A DNA stretch of 61,534 nucleotides from a bacterium HR34 (GTDB taxonomy: Bacteria > Patescibacteriota > Minisyncoccia > Minisyncoccales > HRBIN34), in contig BEIK01000004.1 of assembly GCA_002923395.1 (NCBI GenBank), forward strand, positions 1 through 61,534. Reading direction: 5' to 3'. Under the pieces are notes generated by a model that had not been told where the DNA came from, did not search any database, and was given only the letters and a program-made list of their open reading frames with translations. The position numbers and the translations under genes were made by a program. Shown here piece by piece: positions 1-7,697 of this stretch. Each line of letters starts with the position of its first letter. The first letter of the stretch is position 1.

Positions 1-2
1 CT

Positions 3-1721
3 GATTTAACAGTGAAAGTTTTATCCCCTAGAAGTAAGTCAGAAGATGCGAGAAACGGCGATGGGTTTTGGGAGAAAAGCGAGTTGCAAGAAAAAGACCG
101 GGAAGTTACAGAAGCACGTTATTGGAACGAAAATTCTTTAGCTTTTTTGATTTCTTATGGTGATTTTGACGCACTTTTTACCGGTGACATACCAAAGTAT
201 ACAAGCCAGCCTTATATAATAAGTAGATACAAGGATCTATTAGTTAAGACGGAGATCGTTGGTATTCCTCATCATGGTAAGAATGGTAATTATTTCAACT
301 CAGAGTTCGCTAAAACTATTGGTAAAGACGCAGCTGTTGTGATAGGTATAGCAACTAGAGATTATGAGGACGTAATTCTTAACGGTTACAAAAATAATAA
401 TAATAAAATAATTATTTTAGATGGAAAAAACAATGGCAGGATTACTGTATCAATAGAAGGAGGCTCTAATCAGTTTACAGTTTGCCAAAGTGTAGGAAAT
501 ATTTGTAAAACATATAGTTTAACTTCTAGTTTAACTTCCGGTGGAGCGTCTTTGTCTGAATCTTTATCAGAGTCAGTTGAAAAATGCGGAGAAAGCGCAT
601 ATTTTGGTCCGAATGGCATTTTCCAAAAAGCGTACATTTCTTATAGGGGAAAACAATATGATACTTCAACGCCTTTTCTTGGTATTTATCATGGTGAAGG
701 CTTTGAATTTGTTATTGAAGCTAAAGTAGATACAGATGATAAAAAGAAATGTATGATTTTATTACACCCAAGTTCCTACGCTTTAGGTTATATTGAGGCT
801 AACGGAGCGTCGGATAAACAAACTTTTATTAAGTTTTCAGAGGATACAGAAGGCAGTACAATAACTTACAGAATACCATATAGGTTTGATTTATATGATA
901 ACAGTGGCAATCCTTTGGTTGATAATTTTAAAGGTAAAGTTAATATTTATCTTTTTGAAATAGTACAATTTCACCCTGAAGTTAAGACAACCCTTCATTA
1001 TAGAATACCTTTTGCGACTTTTAATATTAATATAAGAAAACCTGAAATTTATAATTTTTACCAATCAAACTCTGTTATCAATATTTATGATACTAATAGC
1101 AATAATGACAGTTTTGAAATAAAGTTCTCTTTCACAGGTCTTAAAGAAGGTGATGAGTATAGTATTTATTATGATGTAGATGGTGATGGAAGTTTCGAAC
1201 TTTATGACAATAAAAAATATACTTTTTCTCATACTGGCAGTTCTTCAAGTCAGGAGGTTTTTATTCTATGCAATAATTTTACGAAAAGCGGCGCTAATTT
1301 TGTGTATAAGTGTGCTGTTGATGGCGATGAACCAAGTACGTTTTTCATTAAACCAAGCGCTTATTCAGGAAAATTATTCGTTGTTTTAACTGACTACAAA
1401 ATAGATGGGAATTATTATTTGGCTACTGATCATTTTACTGTACCAGTTACAGTTTGTGATGAGAAGTCTTGTTTTTTTGGTGTTTTTCCAAAGAGTAATA
1501 TTGAGGAGTTTATAAATTCTCTTTCTAATTTTGTTTTTGTTTTAATATCAATAGGAGCAATTTTAATGATTATTATAGGTGGTTTTGTTCTTTTAACTTC
1601 AGGAGGTAATTATGAAAGAATACAAAAAGGCAAAAAGATTCTAACTTATGCAATTTTAGGTTTTGTAGTGGCTTTATTTGCTAATATAATATACGCTTTA
1701 ATTAAAACGATAATAATTTAG
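3..1721 (+). CDS. 5'-partial fusion protein: ComEC/Rec2-type metallo-beta-lactamase C-terminal part + large beta-rich domain + C-terminal CPR-type (TrbC/VirB2-like) pilin
   Basis: Frame is open to the window edge (DLTVKVLSP). MBL motifs NENSL..LFTGD and PHHG; C-terminal two-TM pilin pattern (IIIGGFVLLTSGGNYERIQKGKKILTYAILGFVVAL). Confidence 0.7.
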   Translation, partial: DLTVKVLSPRSKSEDARNGDGFWEKSELQEKDREVTEARYWNENSLAFLISYGDFDALFTGDIPKYTSQPYIISRYKDLLVKTEIVGIPHHGKNGNYFNSEFAKTIGKDAAVVIGIATRDYEDVILNGYKNNNNKIIILDGKNNGRITVSIEGGSNQFTVCQSVGNICKTYSLTSSLTSGGASLSESLSESVEKCGESAYFGPNGIFQKAYISYRGKQYDTSTPFLGIYHGEGFEFVIEAKVDTDDKKKCMILLHPSSYALGYIEANGASDKQTFIKFSEDTEGSTITYRIPYRFDLYDNSGNPLVDNFKGKVNIYLFEIVQFHPEVKTTLHYRIPFATFNINIRKPEIYNFYQSNSVINIYDTNSNNDSFEIKFSFTGLKEGDEYSIYYDVDGDGSFELYDNKKYTFSHTGSSSSQEVFILCNNFTKSGANFVYKCAVDGDEPSTFFIKPSAYSGKLFVVLTDYKIDGNYYLATDHFTVPVTVCDEKSCFFGVFPKSNIEEFINSLSNFVFVLISIGAILMIIIGGFVLLTSGGNYERIQKGKKILTYAILGFVVALFANIIYALIKTIII

Positions 1722-1944
1722 GTATTAAGTATTTTATAATTATAAATTTTTCATAATTTCTTCAGCCCTATTTTCTCGTTTTGTTTTATGTTTTTTAATT
1801 TTTATTTTTTTATTTCATCTTTTGTTGTCTACACCTTACCACTTTTGAAGGTTTATGCAACACCTTTTCATAAAAATAATTGAAAATTGGTGGATTTTCT
1901 GTTATTCTTATTATATAAAAGCTTTTAAGCTTTATTTTTAATTT

Positions 1945-3414
1945 ATGGAAAATAAGAATTTTAAAAAACCTCCTGTTGTGGTGGTGATGGGTCATGTTGA
2001 CGCTGGCAAGACCTCTATTTTAGATTACATAAGAAGAACTAAAGTTGCAGAGAAAGAAGCAGGTGGAATAACTCAACATATAGGAGCATATCAAATTGAT
2101 TATAAAGGCAATAAAATAACATTTTTAGATACGCCGGGACATGAAGCTTTTAATGCTATGAGAAGTAGGGGAGCAAAAGTTGCTGATATTGCTGTTTTGG
2201 TTGTTGGTGCAGATGAAGGCGTAAAACCCCAAACAAAAGAAGCAATTGAAATAATTAAAAAAGAAGGCTTGCCAATGATAGTTGCCATAAACAAAATAGA
2301 CAAACCAGGCGCTGATATTGAAAAAGTAAAAAGTGATTTAGCGCAACACGGAGTTTTACTTGAAGGATATGGAGGCGATGTTTCTTTTGCGGCAACAAGC
2401 GCCAAAACAGGCCACGGAATAGACGAACTATTAGAACTTATCATATTGGCTTATGAACTATCTCCTGTTAATGTTAGTTTAGAAGGCGAATTAGAAGGTG
2501 TTATAATAGAAGCAACAAAAGACAGCAAAAAAGGAAACGTAGCAACGGTTTTAATAAGAAATGGAGTTTTAAGAATTGGTGATATAATAGGAACAAAATC
2601 GGCCTATGCTAAAGTTAAAATGATGGAAGATTTTACAGGAATGAAAGTAAAAGAGGTTTTACCCGGAATGCCTGTTTTAATTTTCGGGTTTAAAAATCTT
2701 CCTGTTGTAGGTGATAAAGTTAAAAGATTTAATTCTCAACAAGAGGCTGAAAGTTATATTAAGAAAAAAGAAAGAAAAGAAAAAGAAATTAATGTTTTGC
2801 CAAACCATGAAGGCAAAAAAGTAATAAATATTGTTTTAAAAGCAGACGTAGAAGGAAGCTTGGATGCTTTAGAATATGTGTTAAAAGGAATAAAAGACGA
2901 AGAAGTTTTATTAAGAATTATTAAAAAAGGGGTGGGAGAAGCGACTGATAAAGACGCCAAAATAGCAGATGCTGGGAATGCTATTATATTTGCCTTTAGA
3001 ACTAAAATTTCAAAGCCAGCGTTAAATTTAATTGATGCTAAAAAGATTAAAGTATACACAGCAGATGTTATATATGATTTTGTGGAAGTTGCGAGAAAAA
3101 TGATAGATGATATTAAAAAACCAAAAGAGCAAAGAATTGATTTGGGAAAATTAAAAGTTTTAGTTGTTTTTATGACTAAAAAACAAAGGCAAATAATTGG
3201 TTGTAGGGTTTTAGATGGAGAGGTTAGGAAAGGAGTAAGATTAGAGATTTTAAGAGATGGAGAGGTTATAGGAGAGGGTAAACTTATAAGTTTGGAGAAA
3301 AACAAACAAGATATAGGTCAAGCAAAGAAAGGAGATGAAGTTGGCATATTATATGAGGGCAATGTGAAAATAGAAGTTGGCGACGAGATAAACGTTTATT
3401 ACATTGAGAAATAA
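1945..3414 (+). CDS. infB: Translation initiation factor IF-2 (short N-terminus)
   Basis: GHVDAGKT, GGITQHIGAY, DTPGHEAF, NKID, KADVEGS motifs. Confidence 0.97.
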   Translation: MENKNFKKPPVVVVMGHVDAGKTSILDYIRRTKVAEKEAGGITQHIGAYQIDYKGNKITFLDTPGHEAFNAMRSRGAKVADIAVLVVGADEGVKPQTKEAIEIIKKEGLPMIVAINKIDKPGADIEKVKSDLAQHGVLLEGYGGDVSFAATSAKTGHGIDELLELIILAYELSPVNVSLEGELEGVIIEATKDSKKGNVATVLIRNGVLRIGDIIGTKSAYAKVKMMEDFTGMKVKEVLPGMPVLIFGFKNLPVVGDKVKRFNSQQEAESYIKKKERKEKEINVLPNHEGKKVINIVLKADVEGSLDALEYVLKGIKDEEVLLRIIKKGVGEATDKDAKIADAGNAIIFAFRTKISKPALNLIDAKKIKVYTADVIYDFVEVARKMIDDIKKPKEQRIDLGKLKVLVVFMTKKQRQIIGCRVLDGEVRKGVRLEILRDGEVIGEGKLISLEKNKQDIGQAKKGDEVGILYEGNVKIEVGDEINVYYIEK

Positions 3415-3419
3415 ATTTT

Positions 3420-3719
3420 ATGACAGAAAGAAGATTGCAAAGAATAAAGAAAAGAATAGGGGAATCAGTTAGCGGAGTATTAATGGGCTATGATATTTTT
3501 GAAACAGATGAGATTATAAATGTTATAGATATTAATGTTTCCAAAAATATTAGTAAGGTTCAGATTTTTGTTGAGATAATATCTTCTAATGGAAATAGTT
3601 TTGACGTTTTAAATAAACTAAATAAAATTTCTTGGATGTTTGATAGAGAAATAGCAAATGCTTTGCATTTAAGAAAAAAAATAAAAGTAGAATTTTTGTT
3701 GGGTGTAGTTAGAGTTTAA
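3420..3719 (+). CDS. rbfA: Ribosome-binding factor A (divergent)
   Basis: About 100 aa directly after infB; RRLQRI N-terminus and KH-like pattern ending in EF. Confidence 0.75.
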   Translation: MTERRLQRIKKRIGESVSGVLMGYDIFETDEIINVIDINVSKNISKVQIFVEIISSNGNSFDVLNKLNKISWMFDREIANALHLRKKIKVEFLLGVVRV

Positions 3720-3742
3720 AATAGGTTATAATAAAATATGAA

Positions 3743-3817
3743 GGCCTGGTAGCCAAGTGGTAAGGCGGCAGTCTGCAAAACTGCTATACGTGGGTTCAAT
3801 TCCCACCCAGGCCTCCA
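3743..3817 (+). tRNA. tRNA-Cys(GCA), CCA encoded
   Basis: GGCCTGG/CCAGGCC acceptor stem, GCAGT-CTGCAAA-ACTGC anticodon arm, GGTTCAATTCC T-loop. Confidence 0.96.
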
Positions 3818-3837
3818 GATGATTAATTGAAATGTAT

Positions 3838-3921
3838 GCCCGGGTGGCGGAATTGGCAGACGCGTATGACTCAAAATCATATGGGAGCAATCCCGTGTGG
3901 GTTCAAATCCCACCCCGGGCA
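3838..3921 (+). tRNA. tRNA-Leu(CAA)
   Basis: GCCCGGG/CCCGGGC acceptor stem, TATGA-CTCAAAA-TCATA anticodon arm, long variable arm GGGAGCAATCCC; no encoded CCA. Confidence 0.96.
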
Positions 3922-4066
3922 CAAAGAAATTTATTTTTTTTACTCCGGCTAAATCAGGAATAGGGAGTAAGTAAAGACAGAGGGCAACCTCTGTATAAAC
4001 TCTGTCGAATCTTAATAGAAAAAAACAACATTCTTTGATATAATTTTATATTAGAAGTTATGTTTT

Positions 4067-4519
4067 ATGATTCAAGAACTAATTAATAAGATAAAAGACG
4101 ATTTTGGTGGTATTCCTGAGTTGAAGTTTACAATATTTATAGGAGGTATTATTTGGATGGCCGTCACAATGATTTTTTATACCCTTAATTTTTTCAATCC
4201 CTCTATCCAAGTTCCTGTTGGCGTTTCTGTTTATATAGTAATTGTTGCGGGTTATTCTTTTGTAAAAGAAATTTTAAGATGGGCAGGATTTCAACAAAAA
4301 ACATACATAGGGGAATATCTCGTGCTTTTATGGGGACTTTACTTGATAATTTTAATGTTCCTTGAAATTTTTGGAGAATTTAAAGGTTATAATTGGAAAG
4401 TTTCACCTGATTTAGTTGGAATAGTTATAGAGATTACTATTATTTACTTTTTGTCTATAGTATCTAAATATTTACATCGCAAGAAGGCGATTGGGCAAAA
4501 TAAATCCCTCTTTTTTTAA
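4067..4519 (+). CDS. Hypothetical membrane protein (about 4 TM)
   Basis: Four hydrophobic segments; no recognised family. Confidence 0.7.
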   Translation: MIQELINKIKDDFGGIPELKFTIFIGGIIWMAVTMIFYTLNFFNPSIQVPVGVSVYIVIVAGYSFVKEILRWAGFQQKTYIGEYLVLLWGLYLIILMFLEIFGEFKGYNWKVSPDLVGIVIEITIIYFLSIVSKYLHRKKAIGQNKSLFF

Positions 4520-4542
4520 TCACGAAGAAAAATAATATATTT

Positions 4543-4860
4543 TTATATTATACCAAGCATCTCTTTTGCTTTTTGAGATAATCTATCTTTTGTCCAAGGG
4601 GGTTTAAAGGTTAGCTTTAATTCCACCTCTTTTACTCCTTTTATTTGAGATATTGCTGATTTTATTTCCCTTTCTATTAATTCAAAAAGAGGGCAGCCTA
4701 TTGTTGTAAGAGTCATTGTAATTTTTACTTTTCCGTTTTTTACATCAATTTTGTAAATTAAACCAAGATCCATTAAAGAAATTCTTATTTCAGGATCATA
4801 AACTTCATAAAGTTTTTTTTCTACTTCTTTTTTTATTTTTACGTCTGTTATTTTTTTCAT
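4543..4860 (-). CDS. sufT: SufT/DUF59 (MIP18-like) Fe-S maturation protein
   Basis: DPEI..DLGLIY..MTLTT.GCP..PPWT; last gene of the suf operon. Confidence 0.9.
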   Translation of the reverse strand: MKKITDVKIKKEVEKKLYEVYDPEIRISLMDLGLIYKIDVKNGKVKITMTLTTIGCPLFELIEREIKSAISQIKGVKEVELKLTFKPPWTKDRLSQKAKEMLGII

Positions 4861-4861
4861 T

Positions 4862-5443
4862 TTATAATAATTTTAAAACATTCCACCAATTTTGTATGTA
4901 TTCTGCTCTTCTATTTTGGTATTGTAAGTAATAAGCGTGTTCCCAAACATCAAGCCCTATTATGGGTATATGCCCGAGTAAATAGGGAGAGTCTTGATTT
5001 GGCAAAGAATAAACTTTTAATTTACCATTTTCATCTTTTACAAGCCAGGCCCATCCAGAACCAAAATGATTTAAAGCAGTTTCTGAAAATATTTTTTTGA
5101 ACTCTTCCACGCCGCCAAAAGTTTCTTCAACTTCTTTTTTTAGGTTTTCATCTACTTCTTTTTGAGGACCCATTATTTGCCAGAATAGATTGTGATTTAT
5201 TGTTCCACCTCCATGATTTCTTATTATTATTTTGTCTTTTTCGTCGATGTTTAGATTATTTAAATCTCTCAATATTTCTTCTAAAGTTTTATTTTCAAAT
5301 TCCGGATATTTTGTCAAAATAGGATTTACTTTATCGATATATGCTTGATGGTGTTTTGTATGGTGTATTTCCATCGTTGTCGCGTCAATGTAAGGTTCTA
5401 AAGCGTCGTAAGAGTAGGGTAGTTGTGGTAAGGTGTATTTCAT
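4862..5443 (-). CDS. sodA: Fe/Mn superoxide dismutase
   Basis: HHTKHH, NH..FW, FGSGWAWL, DVWEHAYY. Confidence 0.96.
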   Translation of the reverse strand: MKYTLPQLPYSYDALEPYIDATTMEIHHTKHHQAYIDKVNPILTKYPEFENKTLEEILRDLNNLNIDEKDKIIIRNHGGGTINHNLFWQIMGPQKEVDENLKKEVEETFGGVEEFKKIFSETALNHFGSGWAWLVKDENGKLKVYSLPNQDSPYLLGHIPIIGLDVWEHAYYLQYQNRRAEYIQNWWNVLKLL

Positions 5444-5480
5444 AATTTTTATCTTTTATTTAATTTTAATAATGCGACCT

Positions 5481-5852
5481 TTATTTTTTATTTTTTAAAG
5501 CGCCTTTCAAAGCATTTAAAGATATCATCATGCATTTTTCTCTTATAGGACTTATTTCTTTTAAGTTCAACATTTTCAACATATCTTCTTTGTCTAATTT
5601 TTTAGCGTAACTTATACTTTTATTTTTAACCTTTTCTGTTAAAAGCGATGCTCCTGCCTGCGATATTGCGCAGCCTTTTCCTTCAAACTTAACGTCTTTT
5701 ATTATATTTTTGTTTGCTTTAATATATATTTTAATTTTATCACCACAAAACGGATTGTAAATTTCATAAGTAAAATCAGGATTTTTTATTTTTCCTTTGT
5801 TTTTTGGATTTTTCCAGTGTTCAAGGATTACTTCGTGGTAAATATCTGCCAT
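5481..5852 (-). CDS. sufU: SufU/IscU-family protein
   Basis: NPFCGD, GCAISQA, REKC. Confidence 0.9.
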   Translation of the reverse strand: MADIYHEVILEHWKNPKNKGKIKNPDFTYEIYNPFCGDKIKIYIKANKNIIKDVKFEGKGCAISQAGASLLTEKVKNKSISYAKKLDKEDMLKMLNLKEISPIREKCMMISLNALKGALKNKK

Positions 5853-5856
5853 AATT

Positions 5857-7074
5857 TTAATAAAAAGTTTTTATTGCTTTTTCTAAAGAGTTTATAAATT
5901 CATCTACATCTTCTTTGGTATTGTATAGATAAAAACTTGCCCTAATTGAGGCCTCTAAATTTAGATAATTATGTAGTGGTTGGCAGCAGTGATGGCCTGC
6001 TCTCACACATATATTATCTTTCGCTAAAATATCTGCTATATCATGAGGGTGCAAGCCTTTTATTGAAAAAGATATGAGAGAATGCCTGTTTTTTGCGTTT
6101 TGCGGTCCTATTATTTCTATTTTATTTTTAAACCTTTCTTTTAATTTATGGAAGCAATAACTTACCAAACTTTTTTCAATTTTCTGAATTTTATTAAATC
6201 CAAATTTTTCTAAAAACAACAAAGCTTCTTTGAAAGCTATTACTCCTGCAATATTCGGCGTTCCTGCCTCAAACTTGTGGGGAGAATCCTTGAACTGCGT
6301 GTTTTTTATTTTTACAAAGGATATCATTTCACCTCCATAATTTTGAGGTTCTAATTTTTCTAAAAGTTTATATTTCCCCCATAAAATTCCAATTCCTGTG
6401 GGACCTAACATTTTATGGGCAGAAAAAACAAAAAAGTCGCATCCTAATTTTTTAACATCTATCTTTTTGTGGGGAGCGCTTTGGGCGCCATCAACAACAA
6501 ACACACACTCTTTATTTTTCTTTTTTATTATTTTTGCTATTTTCGAAATATTATTTTCAGCGCCTGTTACATTAGATATATGAAATAAACTTATAACCTT
6601 TGTTTTTTTGGTAATTGATTTTTCAAGGTTTTTAATATCTATTTTTCCATCGCTTGTTATATTTAAAACCTTAAATTTTATTCCTTTTTCTTTTGCAAGA
6701 ACTTGCCATGGAACAAAATTCGAATGATGTTCTGCCACAGAAACAATTATTTCATCACCTTTTTTTAAAAATTTTTTAATGCCGTTTGCTATTGTATTTA
6801 ATCCCTGAGTTGTTCCGCTTGTAAAAACAATTTCATTTTCTTTTGCGCCCAAAAACTTAGCAACTATTTTTCTTGTTGCCTCATACTCTTCAGTTGCCTT
6901 TATTGATAAACCATACAAACCTCTAAAAACATTTGCAGGATATTTTTCGTAATATTCTTTTTCTTTTTCAATGACTTTGTTTAGAGTTAAAGCCTTTGCG
7001 GCAGAATCAAGATAAACAAGGTTTTTGTTGTTTTTTAGGGCAGGGAAGAAGTTTTTTATATTGTTGGCAGCCAT
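5857..7074 (-). CDS. sufS: Cysteine desulfurase SufS
   Basis: YLDSAA, EHHSN, SAHKMLGPTG, RAGHHC. Confidence 0.95.
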   Translation of the reverse strand: MAANNIKNFFPALKNNKNLVYLDSAAKALTLNKVIEKEKEYYEKYPANVFRGLYGLSIKATEEYEATRKIVAKFLGAKENEIVFTSGTTQGLNTIANGIKKFLKKGDEIIVSVAEHHSNFVPWQVLAKEKGIKFKVLNITSDGKIDIKNLEKSITKKTKVISLFHISNVTGAENNISKIAKIIKKKNKECVFVVDGAQSAPHKKIDVKKLGCDFFVFSAHKMLGPTGIGILWGKYKLLEKLEPQNYGGEMISFVKIKNTQFKDSPHKFEAGTPNIAGVIAFKEALLFLEKFGFNKIQKIEKSLVSYCFHKLKERFKNKIEIIGPQNAKNRHSLISFSIKGLHPHDIADILAKDNICVRAGHHCCQPLHNYLNLEASIRASFYLYNTKEDVDEFINSLEKAIKTFY

Positions 7075-7078
7075 TTTT

Positions 7079-7693
7079 TTATTTTAGCAATTCTAATTTT
7101 TTGTTTATTTCTTTTTCTAATTCTGAATATAATTTTTTGTCTTCTATGTTTTTAATTTTCTTTAAAATATCCAAACAAAATCCTTCCAATAAAAGTTTTT
7201 CTGCTTTTTTTTCTGGTATGCCTCTTGTTTTCAAGTAAAGGACTTTTTCTTTATCAAGTTGGCCTGTGGTGGAACCATGCGTGCAGTAAACATCGTTTGC
7301 CATAATTTCCAAAAACGGCTCTGAAAAAACATAAGCGTTTTTAGAAAGAATAATGTTTTCGTTTTTTTGATAAGCAAATGATTTTTGGGCACCTTTTCCT
7401 ATTCTTATTAGGCCTTCATATAAAAATTTTGCTTTGTCTTTTAAAACGCTTTTTATTAAAAGATCTGACGTGCAGTTTCTTTTTTTGTGAATTTGCGTTG
7501 TTTTAACTTCAAAATTGTCTGAGTTTTTACCAATAAACAAGCCAATTATTTTCAGGCCACAACCTTCTTTTTCAAGCGAAAATTCATACCTGCCGGGGCT
7601 ATTCAAAATAAAAACAACATAACTCCCCCTTTCTTTAAAACTCATTTTATAATTGTTGTATTTTTTGTCTATAATCTTTATAATCTTTTCCAT
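7079..7693 (-). CDS. sufD: SufD-like protein, short (C-terminal beta-helix only)
   Basis: P.LEI.ANDV.CTHG.T.G.LD.E...YL.TRGI; lies between sufB and sufS. Confidence 0.85.
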   Translation of the reverse strand: MEKIIKIIDKKYNNYKMSFKERGSYVVFILNSPGRYEFSLEKEGCGLKIIGLFIGKNSDNFEVKTTQIHKKRNCTSDLLIKSVLKDKAKFLYEGLIRIGKGAQKSFAYQKNENIILSKNAYVFSEPFLEIMANDVYCTHGSTTGQLDKEKVLYLKTRGIPEKKAEKLLLEGFCLDILKKIKNIEDKKLYSELEKEINKKLELLK

Positions 7694-7697
7694 ATTT

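Noticed and set aside
3716-3922. 68-aa minus-strand ORF
   Set aside because: It is the antisense of two tRNAs.
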